The notes under the pieces: model-generated
Seen by the model: only the letters and a program-made list of their open reading frames with translations
What the model was told of the DNA's origin: nothing
Databases searched by the model: none
Source: Octopus vulgaris
Taxonomy: Eukaryota
Direction of reading: 5' to 3'
DNA: 64,000 bases
NCBI GenBank assembly: GCA_951406725.2
Contig: OX597831.1
Coordinates: 69,068,001 to 69,132,000, forward strand
Translations under genes and position numbers: made by a program
In this document: positions 25,956-38,520 of the stretch, in pieces
How the letters are laid out: every line of letters begins with the position of its first letter
Numbering within the stretch: position 1 is the first letter of the stretch

Positions 25956-26595
25956 TATGCACATGTGTGAGCATATATATGTGTGTATATATATATGTAC
26001 ACATATGCATATATATGCATATGTAGTAGCAATGTGAATGCATTTATGAATTTATGTATGTGTGTGTATATATATAAATAAAATATATGTGCATATGTGT
26101 GTCTAAATCTCTGTGTATATATATATATACATACATATACACATACTCACACAGATACACACAGGCACACACAGACACACACAGACACACCCACACACAT
26201 ACAACACAGTTTCAATGTTTTTTCCAAAGAAGCTGCTGTTATTTCAATAAATTAGATGTGGAGACAATAAACAAGAAATATCACTTTATATTAAGCACAG
26301 TCATCAAACTCAAATCTACACACACACACACACACACACTCAAATACACACATACACCAATATTTAAATTTACATTCTACTATTTAGCATAATGAACATA
26401 CATAAACAGCTAAAGATATCGATAAATTATCGTGTAACTGAATGGATATTATGCTGTAAATAAACGCCTAATTAAAGCAGTTATAGTAGAGTATGATAAA
26501 TTGGAAATTTTCAGGTATAATTGCTACCTCAGATTGAGACATTTGCAAACCAAGCACTCAAATAGCATATTTACATGAACTTTAGTATTTTATAC

Positions 26596-26720
26596 CCTTT
26601 AGTATTTAAAATGGCCATATCCAGCCCAAATATTACACATGTCTTATATTCAAAATGGCCAGATCTGGTCTCTTACACGAACCCTACAATGTCATTCTAA
26701 AAATAAACAGTCACGTCCTC
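26596..26720. mobile_element. Partial copy of the piggyBac-like MITE
   Basis: CCCTTTAGTATTTAAAATGGCCATATCC...CAGATCTGGTCTC aligns by eye with 5599-5720. Confidence 0.6.
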
Positions 26721-26835
26721 AGAACACCTCAAAGATAAAAGATGAGTACAAGATACAACATCCACGTATTAGTATTTCAGGTATTTATGTTTAAAAATAT
26801 ATTGATCAATTTTGTATGAACATGTGCATGCACAC

Positions 26836-26876
<41 letters not shown>

Positions 26877-26881
<5 letters not shown>

Positions 26882-26976
26882 GAAAGAATGGAGTCGAACG
26901 ACGATTTAACAAATTTGCTACCCGGGTATCGGTTAACCGAATCATCCATACTAGGATAATTCATTCAACTACTTAA

Positions 26977-26977
<1 letters not shown>
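26877..26977 (-). mobile_element. Internally deleted copy of the 53207-53465 element
   Basis: The reverse complement matches both ends of that element. It is flanked by (TA)n on both sides. Confidence 0.75.
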
Positions 26978-27058
<81 letters not shown>

Positions 27059-27064
27059 ATATAC

Positions 27065-27281
27065 ATAAAAAGTAAATCCAAACAAGAAAGCTCAAAAAAA
27101 CACAACAACACGAGGACGTGGAACAAATATAGTATTATTGGACGCTCAGGATAGAAGGAAAGAAGGAGGGTTTAACGTTTTGAGCAGAGCTCGTCATCGG
27201 AAACACAGGAGAAGGAAAGATCCAGAGAAGGGAAGACAGAGGAAAAAAAATCGCCAATGGTACACACGAGGTCACATTTTG
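27065..27281 (-). mobile_element. Short TA-embedded element with a decayed hammerhead (27170-27204)
   Basis: Minus strand: GTTT-CCGATGA-C-GAGC(tct)GCTC-AAAA-CGTT-AAAC. Confidence 0.55.
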
Positions 27282-27469
27282 ATATATATATATATATGTA
27301 TATATTCATATATATATATCATAAAATTTTCGGGATAGATAGAATGAAATACCAAGTTAGAGTTGGGGATAGTGCACCAGTTTACCAACAATGTGTACTG
27401 ACATATATGTACTTACTAAAGTAGAACACAGTGAAAGATAAGCCTACTCATCTTTATATCAATATTCTT

Positions 27470-27830
27470 TTAAGTTGTTTCAGTCATTTGACTGTGGTCA
27501 TGCTGCAACACCACCTTTACTTGAACAAATCGACCCCAGGACTTGTTCTTTGTAAGCCTAGTACTTTTTCTATTAGTCTCAGTTATGAGGATGTAAACAC
27601 GCAAACATCGGTTGTCAAGCGATGGTGGGGGACAAAAACAAAGACACACAAACATACATACATATACACACACATACAATGGGTTTCTTTCAGTTTCTGT
27701 CAACCAAATCAACTCCCAAGGCTTTGGTCAGTGTGAGGCTATATTAGAAGACACTTGCCCATGCAGTGGGACTGAACCCAGTACCAAGAGGTTGGTAAGC
27801 AAGCCATTTACAACACAGCCACTCCTGCAC
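27470..27830 (-). mobile_element. SINE family A, diverged
   Basis: Reverse complement of the A modules, ending CACAGCCACTCCTGCACC on the plus strand. Confidence 0.85.
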
Positions 27831-28301
27831 CTATATATATATATTTATAATTTAATGCATTCATAATATAATACTAGAAATATATAATATTTGGAATAAG
27901 TTCTACTTTAGAATTTGATTTAAGATCATTCAATATAAAATAACATAACTTTAAAACTTCCTAATGACTTCAATATCATTATCATAATTACACATTTCCT
28001 ATACTAAAATTACTTAGTTTATTAGAGGAATATAACATATTGTAATGCTTTTAATACACACACACATATATATATATAATACCTATACACACATACATGC
28101 ATACATAGATACATATACATATATATATATACACACATATACACATACATAGATACATACATGTATACATATATACACATAACAATACATAATACATATT
28201 AGTATTTTTTTACCCAAATATATAAAAAGAATTATAGATAATTAACAAAAATGAATTAAAAGATACAGATATACTTATATATCAATACTTATATATATAC
28301 T

Positions 28302-28376
<75 letters not shown>
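28302..28376. repeat. (GATA)n microsatellite
   Basis: Perfect tetranucleotide run. Confidence 0.95.
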
Positions 28377-28377
<1 letters not shown>

Positions 28378-28689
28378 TACATATACACATATATATACCT
28401 ATATACTTGCAGATATATTCAGATAAATATATATATATATATAAATACATCTATAATAGAGAAGTAAAATAAATGGAAAATTATAATTATAATTATAATT
28501 TTCACAAATTTAAAACCTGCTAACTATTTGAAATAATTATAGCTAATATAGAATTATAATATAATATAATATAATATAATATAATAGAATTTTAATAAAT
28601 TTTGTTATAAGGTAATTTACTCATAATATATATTAGATTACTGAATCTTTAGTATTATATTACTTAGTAAAATCTTGATAATAAATAAA

Positions 28690-29155
28690 TGATTCTAATC
28701 AATTTACTAAAGAATAAGAATAACAATAGTATACAAACGAAATAACATTTATCTTTAAACCTACAATCACAAGTTCTAGCTACGTGACTTCGATTATGTC
28801 CATTATTCGTGTTAATAATTGAAGTATTATTATTTCTATTACTATAAGAAGTATCTAATTTATTGTTTTTAATCAAAGAGATAATTCTAAATAAGTTTTT
28901 AGATACTGAAAAAATCAATTCTAACTGTTTTATTATTAATTATTTTTATTATACTTATTTCCCTAATTAAAATAATTAGATATAGATCTGTAAAAAGATT
29001 TAGCCAAATTAGATTTTAATTTGTCTTGCAAAAAAATAATAAACCATATATTATTTTCTTTATTAAAGTTATCATTATGCAATTTATCAAAATTAACATC
29101 TGGGATACATTTTCTTCTCTTAACTTTAAAATTTATTATTATTATCATTATTATA

Positions 29156-29199
<44 letters not shown>

Positions 29200-30800
29200 A
29201 CTTATTTGACATATCCATATTATTGGTATTAATTTTAGAATATAGATTTACACTATATTTTTCTTTATTCTTAATTTGAATATTATTAGATTCAATAGTG
29301 GTCAGTTTATTAATTACAGTATCATCCTTATTTTTATGAGATTTACTAAGTTTAAGCTTATTACTCACACCATTCACATTATATTTAACCACTCCATTGT
29401 GTATTGATTTAGTATTATTATAATTTTTACTGTCTTTATCCTTTTTACAATATATTATCTTATGTATATATCCTGTTTTATTAAGGGCTACATTATAGTA
29501 TTCAGCATTACTTTTGTAAATTTCCTCATTAGAAGATAAAAGTGAAATTTGTCTCGAAATATTTTTAACCAAAGTACGTGTAATTGCCTTCGGATGATTA
29601 CTATTAAAATTAATATACTTCAAGTTAGTATTAGGTTTATGATATGGTCTATATTGGCCTGTAACAAGATTCAGATTAACATCTAAATAACAGAATCCTG
29701 TTCGTTTTCGATAGAAATAGATAAACCAAATCCATGAAGTCTTTTCATATACATATCCAATTTCTTATTCGATGAGGTATTAATTAAAAACAGCAAATCA
29801 TCCCTATATAATCTACCTTTAAGTTCTGGGAATTTGCTACTTAAATAAAACAGAACGTATATTCCTACAAGACCAGTAACCTGGGCAAAATCAGCTGATC
29901 CCATAGTAATATCAAAACCATCATAAGTATTTTTTCTGACCCAGTATTTATTATCAAATAAAATTACTGATTTTCTAGCTTCTAAAATTATTTTAACTTC
30001 TTTTAAAGAAAGGTTAGATCTACTTTTAGCAAAAAAAAAGAGCCTGATTAAGAACTATAGGATTTATAGATGAATAATAATTATCAATATCTATTTATAT
30101 AAATTTACTTTTTTATTATCTATTCCAACAAACCAGTTAATAGCTCCCTGCGTACTTGACTGTAGTTCAAGTTTCAATTTTCTCCTAATTGTTGGTAAAT
30201 ACTTATCTAAAATAATTTTACTTAATTTAACTAGGGCAAATTAATCAGCCTGGGCAAATTAATCTAACTTTAAGGTTAGAATAGAAGTCATCCTTATAGT
30301 CCTTTAAAGCTATTCTAGGCCTCATATGCACAAATGGCTCTGTCCTGTCATCAAGATCATAACCCTCCATAATCTTCTTAGTTAATAGACCGTGAAATAT
30401 TTTTACTTGCTATCTTATAGTTACTAGTCACTTCATTTTAATTTGGTCATGATATTCTAATATATCTATATTATACAAGTCACTAGTTTTATCTGATTGG
30501 ACAATAATTTCATTTTTTTTTTTTGTTTAAGTTCAGATACTAAAGTTTTCAGATTCCTTAAATGTTCATTGCTGCTAAGGGGATACTTAATAAATTTAAC
30601 ATTTCTTGCTATAGACCATAAATCATCCTCAAATACTGCCAAATGGTTGTTCAGTGGTGGAAATCATTTGGTTATAAATTTTTTTTTAAAAGTTCAACAT
30701 CAATTCCTTGTTCAAATTCCTTATCGTAATAAAAAGTAGAGACATGTATAATTGTACCTGTAAAAATCCCATTTCCTGCAATAACCGGAAGTGGGTCAGA
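28690..30800 (-). mobile_element. Decayed Penelope-like element (RT and linker)
   Basis: MGSADFAQVTGLVGIYVL...LYRDDLL (PLE RT core), KYINFNSNHPKAITRTLVKNISRQI, an Asn-rich linker and TCDCRFKDKC. Frameshifts and stops. Confidence 0.85.
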
Positions 30801-30908
30801 GGAAATCTTTAATGAGCACTCCTCATATATGTTTTCATTTGTCAGTATATATATATATATATATATGAATAAAAAATGGAGTTAACGCAGGTTTAAACAA
30901 GTATTTTT

Positions 30909-30993
30909 ACTTTCTACACATGTTTCGAAAATTCCATTGATACTATTCAAAAGAATAAATAGTATAAACAATGCAATCTTCTCTTCGGAAAGT
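30909..30993 (-). ncRNA. Hammerhead copy in the inverted pLTR, core broken by a 1-nt deletion
   Basis: The plus strand reads CTCTTCGGAAAGT where the intact copy predicts CTCTTCAGGAAAGT. Confidence 0.7.
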
Positions 30994-31453
30994 GAAAAAA
31001 CGAAACTCGTCAATACGACATTTTAGCAAAAAATGATGGATTTGTATAGCGATAGACAGAACGCTATTAATATTGTTTAAAAAAACGTTATATGATATAA
31101 CGTCATAAGTAGCTAACAGAAAGAGTAGGGATATTAATAGTGAATGTTAAATATAAAGGAAATTAAAGTTTAAATTATATATAATGATAGAGACTACTTA
31201 TATGCACTAAATGTATGTTTCTGCCAATGCTTACATCTGTATGCTCGTTCTATAACCGTGTTTACTAGAGTATTTTTAGAAAAAATAATGAAAAATAGCT
31301 CAGAATTGCAGAGAAGACAGAATTTCTTGCCTTTGTCATATGGTATCGAAATTGAGAGGATCAACCATTCTAAATGAAATTGTTCATTGTGGTCTTTGAA
31401 ATCCCAAATCAGTTTGCTGAGACCGGTACTATTCTGTTTATTTCTATCCCTAA

Positions 31454-32641
31454 ATGTTGAATAGTTTAGTTAATTTTTTCAGTAGAATGGGCTTAAAAAT
31501 CGTTTTTGATGACGATCTGACGAAGGCCAACTTTTTAGATATTACGCTTAATTTACACAGTGACTCTTACTTCCCATATCATAAACCGTTGACCGATCTT
31601 AAGTGCATTAGCAAATTTAGTAATCATCCTGGAGCAATTACTAAGAATTTAGTTAAGAATATTTCATTTAGATTATCTAAATTATCTGCTAATGTTGATA
31701 TTTTCAATAATAACGTTGAATTCTATAACTCTGCCTTAATCAAAGCAGGTTATACAGAAAAAATTTTCTACATTGATTCTGCTCAGTCTAATTGTAAATT
31801 CAATAATGTAGATAAGATTTCTAGTCGTAAAAGAATTATTGATAACAAACATAACTTACGCACCAATACAAAGCGAATGAAGGCAGATAACCCTTATTTA
31901 ATCCCCTATTATCGATCTAAAAGTAAATATAACACCTTCAAAAGTAATTACGCTATGAATACTAGTAAAAATATTTGGTTAATAATTCCTTACGGGAGAC
32001 AAATTAAATCTAATCTCCCACTGCTGTTTCGTCAAGCTATTGCTAGGAATTTTCCAAACAATTCTAGATATTACTCTATAATTAATTCACATAAGGTTAG
32101 GATAGGTTTTTCAAACACAAAAAATCTCTTGCAAATTATATCCTCTCATAATAACAAACTGTTAAATATTAATACATTTACTAATACTAACATTAATTTA
32201 GCTAATACCATCCAACCCTCTAGAAATATTAATAACAATGTTATTGTATCTGAAGTCAATTCCAATAGAATTAAATTTATGTCAAGTAACTCTAAGATTA
32301 AAAATTCTATATACCAGTGTATAATCAGTACTCATAATAAAGTACGATTTTACATTGGAAGCACATCGTTAGAGTTATCTAAAAGAATTTCTATCCATTA
32401 CTCAACATTTAGGGATAGAAATAAACGGAATAGTACCGGTCTCAGCAAACTGATTTGGGATTTCAAAGACCACAATGAACAATTTCATTTAGAATGGTTG
32501 ATCCTCTCAATTTCGATACCATATGACAAAGGCAAGAAATTCTGTCTTCTCTGCAATTCTGAGCTATTTTTCATTATTTTTTCTAAAAATACTCTAGTAA
32601 ACACGGTTATAGAACGAGCATACAGATGTAAGCATTGGTAG
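31454..32641 (+). CDS. PLE ORF remnant: RT C-terminal/thumb region and GIY-YIG endonuclease (395 aa, no RT catalytic core)
   Basis: ANFLDITLNL, PYHKP, SNHP, then SIYQCII...FYIGST...KRISIHYSTF...TGLSKLIW...CLLCNSE...CKH. Confidence 0.85.
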   Translation: MLNSLVNFFSRMGLKIVFDDDLTKANFLDITLNLHSDSYFPYHKPLTDLKCISKFSNHPGAITKNLVKNISFRLSKLSANVDIFNNNVEFYNSALIKAGYTEKIFYIDSAQSNCKFNNVDKISSRKRIIDNKHNLRTNTKRMKADNPYLIPYYRSKSKYNTFKSNYAMNTSKNIWLIIPYGRQIKSNLPLLFRQAIARNFPNNSRYYSIINSHKVRIGFSNTKNLLQIISSHNNKLLNINTFTNTNINLANTIQPSRNINNNVIVSEVNSNRIKFMSSNSKIKNSIYQCIISTHNKVRFYIGSTSLELSKRISIHYSTFRDRNKRNSTGLSKLIWDFKDHNEQFHLEWLILSISIPYDKGKKFCLLCNSELFFIIFSKNTLVNTVIERAYRCKHW

Positions 32642-32868
32642 AAACATACATTTAGTGCATATAAGTAGTCTCTATCATTATATATAATTTAAACTTTAAT
32701 TTCCTTTATATTTAACATTCACTATTAATATCCCTACTCTTTCTGTTAGCTACTTATGACGTTATATCATATAACGTTTTTTAAAACGATATTAATAGCG
32801 TTCTGTCTATCGCTATACAAATCCATCATTTTTTGCTAAAATGTCGTATTGACGAGTTTCGTTTTTTC

Positions 32869-32954
32869 ACTTTCCTGAAGAGAAGATTGCATTGTTTATA
32901 CTATTTATTCTTTTGAATAGTATCAGTGGAATTTTCGAAACATGTGTAGAAAGT
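32869..32954 (+). ncRNA. Type I hammerhead ribozyme, intact core
   Basis: ACTTTC-CTGAAGA-[GAAGATTGCATTG...CAGTGGAATTTTC]-GAAA-CATGTG-TA-GAAAGT. Predicted cleavage after GUA at 32948. Confidence 0.85.
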
Positions 32955-33150
32955 AAAAATACTTGTTTAAACCTGCGTTAACTCCATTTTTTATTCATAT
33001 TATTCAAAATATTCAACGTAAACACGAAGTTTCAACCTTTATAAACAAGGAGTTACAACATCTTTACTCGTGAGATTTTTGCTGCCCTGGTAACTATTTA
33101 TTTATTTTTCCGTGTTAATTGTTAACAAGGTAAAAATACACTCATCTATT

Positions 33151-33209
<59 letters not shown>

Positions 33210-34314
33210 TGCTGCATAGACACTGAAGAATATATCCACTGAAATGAATGTTATTACATTGCAGTAAACACAAGTGAAACCAAATTGCATGTATATACAT
33301 AATTGGCAAAAACAATCTTTCAGAGCAACATATTTAGAATAAAAGCAGAAAAACATAAATTCCATGTAGAGTTTATACATTGTATTCAATATGAGTTTCG
33401 GTAGGATAAACATCATTAAATGTATAATTATATATTTGTAATATATAATTAATGAATTTAAATGAAGTTAATTTACATTAAACTTATTTAAAATGTATGC
33501 TTACTTAAATCATCAAGAACATTATTTGTATTAGGTTAATCAGATGCACTTGTTAAACTATTTGAAACTGTTTTTATCAAATTTGTTTTCGTTTGCTTTT
33601 GGTTAAGATTCTTTTCATATCAATGTGATCAGGAAATATTTTTCATTTGGGAATTTTAATGATTCCTTTGTTTATCTGTAAAATTAATTATTGTCGTATA
33701 TATTTAAGTTGAATTTTCTAAACTTGTAATTGGTATTTCATGGCTAAGTTATTTTGTTGTGTCTGGTTAATAAGTGTCTGTTAAGCTAAAGACCTTTATT
33801 TATTTCATATGGAGTATTTCTAATAACAGTTTGTTGGGCATATTTGCTTGTGCATTGTGTGTGTGAAGCTACCCTCACAATAAGAAACTCATGCAGATAC
33901 ACACAAACACACACACCTGCATACACTCACATATACACAAGATCATATGCACACAAAAAAATCATACCTAGGGATTTATATTTCAAGCAGCATACATTCT
34001 TTAATGAATTAACAAACAAACATTTTTAATTAACTTAGCAGACAAAATCAAAAACCACACCACATCCACACACACATAATGAAACTTTTGCATTTACCAA
34101 AACAAACTAAAACCAGTCTACTGTGACGTACATACCCATCAACAAGGATACAAAAACCAGGTATTCAAAAGAAACCTGAAGGAATTGAGCTCCTGTTAGG
34201 GGCCTGCTAAACTTGAAGTAGCACAGAACCAAATCAAGTTGTTTTAAATAATACATTTAACCCTGTAACCTACCAATTGTGTTGAGTGCCTTTTCTTTCA
34301 TTTGTCCACTCACT

Positions 34315-34316
<2 letters not shown>

Positions 34317-34410
<94 letters not shown>

Positions 34411-34437
34411 CATATATATATATACATATATATATAT

Positions 34438-34493
<56 letters not shown>
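34317..34493. repeat. Long (TA)n microsatellite
   Basis: About 175 bp with a few CA interruptions. Confidence 0.95.
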
Positions 34494-34494
<1 letters not shown>

Positions 34495-34496
34495 AA

Positions 34497-34632
34497 GATT
34501 GATTGTTATGGCTGGTCAGTGAGTCGTGACTGGTCAGTGCTTAGCTGATGAGACTGATGTGTTGCCTACAGAGCTAAGTGCTTGATAGGTGTGAAACCAA
34601 TGGCCATTTCTGGCTTTTTCGTAACAATTAAT

Positions 34633-34634
<2 letters not shown>
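34497..34634. mobile_element. Short element with imperfect terminal inverted repeats inside (TA)n
   Basis: Ends GATTGATTGTTATG and CGTAACAATTAATC (12/14 complementary). (TA)n on both sides. Confidence 0.45.
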
Positions 34635-34701
<67 letters not shown>

Positions 34702-36824
34702 ATAGATAGATAGATAGATAGATAGATATGCACACGTGTGTATATAGACACATCATATATACAGAGTGACCCTTTGTTTAGAAAATCAACAGCAGTATTT
34801 TGATGTAAGTGTATACATAACCAGTCACATCCTATTTTCTATGTGCATTGGAAGACTTGATATCAGAACAGTAAACTAATAAAATATTCATCAATTATGC
34901 AGAACAGTAACTGTTTACAGTGATATAATGTACTTGCTCCATATTTAAAACATAATTTTAATTCCACTAAACTTAGTTAAAATAGATGAGAAATTAGTGG
35001 AGTTTCTCATGTGCTTTCAGTTTTGCCAGATATAAGTGAAAACAGTAATTTCTAACATAGGTACAATACTAGAAGTGTTGCGTAAGTGAACATGTGATAT
35101 AATTTACTGTAGTACTCTATTAGTATCTACTTGATTTGAAAATGATTGAAAAGCAAAGTTAGCAGCAGTGGGATTTGAACATCAACGAACAGAACTAAAT
35201 ATTGCATGACATTCCATACAAAATTCTGTCAAATTATTTTGGCATGTAGTAGAAAAATCTGTTTCTCTGAGGAGATTTAATAAAACCAAGACATCTGACC
35301 ATACTTTACAAAATCAGACTCACTCTCTGTTGCATTATTTAAGTCATTCAGTTTTTAATTAATTTAAATTATGAAGTTGTTCAATCTACTTTTCTTGTCC
35401 ATAAATAATCATTAGTATAATGTGTTTTCTTCTCATTTCAGGTATAATTTTTATTTATCAAAGAATTATTTGGCTCAATACATTATGTATGGTAGTACTG
35501 GTTTAACCATGTCCTATAAGATTTGTTTACTTTGTTACACACAAAGAAACATGGCATTACACAAATATTATGTTTTTCTGTATACTCTAATTTCATTTAC
35601 CTTGAATCGACTCATAATTCTATAGAATAATACATCTAAAATAAATGTATTTTAGTGAAAGAAATAGTTCAAGAAAACTAGTAAATTCTAAAATGTACAA
35701 ACACATCCAATCTGTACTAAATTTGGAAAGAAGATATGTAATGAGAAAGAAAATTTTATCATCTGCAAACCAAAGATTCAAATACATAAATCAACATCTG
35801 GTACTTCTCAACTAATCCACTCTAAAAACATTTTGAGTTCACCTGATATCGTTGTGTTGTTGTCCATAAACATAGCTAGCATTTATATCAGAAATTTCTT
35901 CAGGCCATTAAGCACAACACTTTTTAGTACCGTTCACATAATAATCATCCAATTACATTTCTGAATAATTTTTTGTAATTAAATTAAATTGCTGTGGAAA
36001 ACTGTAAATTAAATTTTCCTATTGAAGTTCACTGTTGTAATAATAATTGCTGGACTGCTATGAGCTTCATTTAAACAAGAAAGCAATAAAACCACAAGTA
36101 AAAAGAAAAAAAATACACACAAACATACAGCATAAACAAAAATAACTTTATTAAGTAATTTCTGTTTAGTATGTAACATAAAATACATAATACAGAAAAA
36201 GCTGACAGTAAATTGCAAAGAATAGCAGCTTAATTAATTGAATGTTTATGGGAAAAGTTATTTATTGAGACTTAAATAAAGTTTCTTTTAATTTTAGTAT
36301 AGTTTTTTTACAAGATTCAAAACACATCCTGAAGGAAAATATGCTTTTAAAGAAAAATGAACAACAGATTACTTCTCTTATCTTTTTCTTTCAGATATCC
36401 CACCACCTTTCTTTTAGCTTTTTTTAAAAATCAAAATTGAAAATTTAAATTATATGAAAATAATGCAATTTTAAATGCATTTTTCTCTGGAAGAATTCTG
36501 ATAAAAAACATAACTATGTTGTAAGGCATTAATTATGGTCCTAGTTTTAACATTTTCTAATTGTACAATCCAATTTTGTTTGTTTTGCTCTACACAGTCA
36601 TCTTTTCATTTCCTTCTTCCACGTTTTCTTCTAGTTTCATGTATCACACCATTCTATCAGGGAATTACCACTAGTCATATTAATAACATAATTTAATTGA
36701 TCTTCTGTCAGCTGTGAATACTTCATGATGAAATTGTACTTAATACAATGAGCTGAACTAAGTTTAAGCAAATAATTTAGATATAGTAAAATTATTTTAG
36801 CAATGAACAAATATTTGACAACAT

Positions 36825-36989
36825 GGCGCAGGAGTGGCTGTGTGGTAAGTAGCTTGTCTACCAAGCACATGGTTCCAGGTTCAGTCCCAATGCATAGCAC
36901 CTTGGGCAAGTGTCTTCTACTATAGCCTCGGGCCGACCAAAGCCTTGTGAGTGGATTTGGTAGACGGAAACTGAAAGAAGCCCGTCATA

Positions 36990-37029
<40 letters not shown>

Positions 37030-37256
37030 TGTGTGTGTTTGTGTGTCTGTGTTTGTCCCCCTAGCATTGCTTGACAACCGATGCTGGTGTGTTTACGTTG
37101 CCGTCACTTAGCAGTTCGGCAAAAGAGACCGATAGAATAAGTACTGGGCTTACAAAAGAATAAGTCCCAGGGTCGAGTTGCTCGATTAAAAGGCGGTGCT
37201 CCAGCATGGCCGCAGTCAAATGACTGAAACAAGTAAAGAGTAAAAGAGTAAAGAGT
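36825..37256 (+). mobile_element. SINE family A, full-length
   Basis: GGCGCAGGAGTGGCTGTGTGGTAAG head through the (AAAGAGTA)n tail. Confidence 0.9.
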
Positions 37257-37603
37257 ATGAACCCATTCTTTCAATGCCAGAGCTCCAGCTTGGCCTTAAC
37301 TTTAATTACCCAATCTACAGATCCATGCCTTTTCTTTGCTGTAAATTAATTTTAAACTTTCAAAAGAGAAGTGATGAAATAATTTGATCAAAATACTTTA
37401 AGTAGGAAATAAATAAATCATATTGATTTAGTGTCTGCTCCAATATTCATTGTTTGAGGTTACTGTTTTAACAAAGGAGAATATGACATTATTGTTATTT
37501 TCTCAGAAAGATGAGCCTTTCAGTTTATAATTTTTAACAAACATTACTATATTAAAAAATGGGACTACAACTATTATAATCTCCATTTCTGTTCTGTCCT
37601 TAA

Positions 37604-37774
37604 TCATCATCATCATCATTTAGCATCCGTTTTCCATGCTAGCATGGGTTGGACGGTTCAACTGGGGTCTGTGAAGCCGGAAGGCCGCATCAGGCCCAGT
37701 CAGATCTGGCAGTGTTTCTACGGCTGGATGCCCTTCCTAACGCCAACCACTCCGTGAGTGTAGTGGGTGCTTTT
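37604..37774 (-). mobile_element. SINE-like family C, 3' part
   Basis: Colinear with 15376-15548. Confidence 0.85.
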
Positions 37775-38085
37775 CATTTATTTACAATCTACTGTAAAAT
37801 AAAAATGGTTGGGTGTGATTTGAGGAAGATTTGGCTGCTGTCGCTAGCAGCTTGAGCAACTGCATAATAGTTCCCTCACTGGCTTAGCAAATGATGGTGT
37901 TTCAGCATAATCATGGCATAATAGCTGAATCAGTAAACATAGTAAGAGTAAATGAAACATATTAAACATAAACTAAGACATAAAAGAGAGGAAAAAGTGT
38001 TGACAGCGAAAAAACAAAAACAAAACAAAAACAAAAAAAAAAAACAAACAAAAAACAAAAAAGAATGAAAGAAGAAACAGGAACC

Positions 38086-38520
38086 GGATCTTTTCGGTTT
38101 GAACGGCAGTTTTTTTAAAATAATTTCCACATAACTAAACACTTTTAAACTTCGTATACTGGTGGAATGTGTTTATAAAACATTTTTTTCTCTTGGCTTT
38201 ATTGAGAAAATTCTATAGTTTGTAAGATATTTGTTGTTTTTCTTCAATTTCTGCAATTTCAACCAATCAATGACGTCTATTGAGGTGAAAACATTCTGTG
38301 CCTTATGAAAATGTCCCTCGTTTAAGGAACAGATTGGGTTTATTTACATTTCTGAAGAAAAAAGATACCCTTCCCCCACCCCTAACCCTAACTAACCCTA
38401 ACTCTAATCCTAACCCTAAAATAGATTGAAATGCAATAGATCGATACTAGGGTCATAATTATGGGTGACAATTTCATATGACACCGCTAGAAAAAACTGC
38501 TGTTCAAACCAAAAAGATCC
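38086..38520. mobile_element. MITE with about 29-bp TIRs and 8-bp TSD (Merlin-like)
   Basis: TIR GGATCTTTTCGGTTTGAACGGCAGTTTTT. TSD CAGGAACC at 38078-38085 and 38521-38528. Internal (CCCTAA)-like run. Confidence 0.85.

Larger units (their letters stand above)
30863..33150 (+). mobile_element. Young 5'-truncated Penelope-like element with inverted pseudo-LTR, inserted in (TA)n
   Basis: 30863-31460 is a near-perfect reverse complement of 32402-33000. (TA)n flanks both sides. Confidence 0.93.

Noticed and set aside
34551-34605. Canonical hammerhead (CTGATGA...GAAAC)
   Set aside because: Stem II does not pair and there is no correctly placed NUH triplet with stem I.
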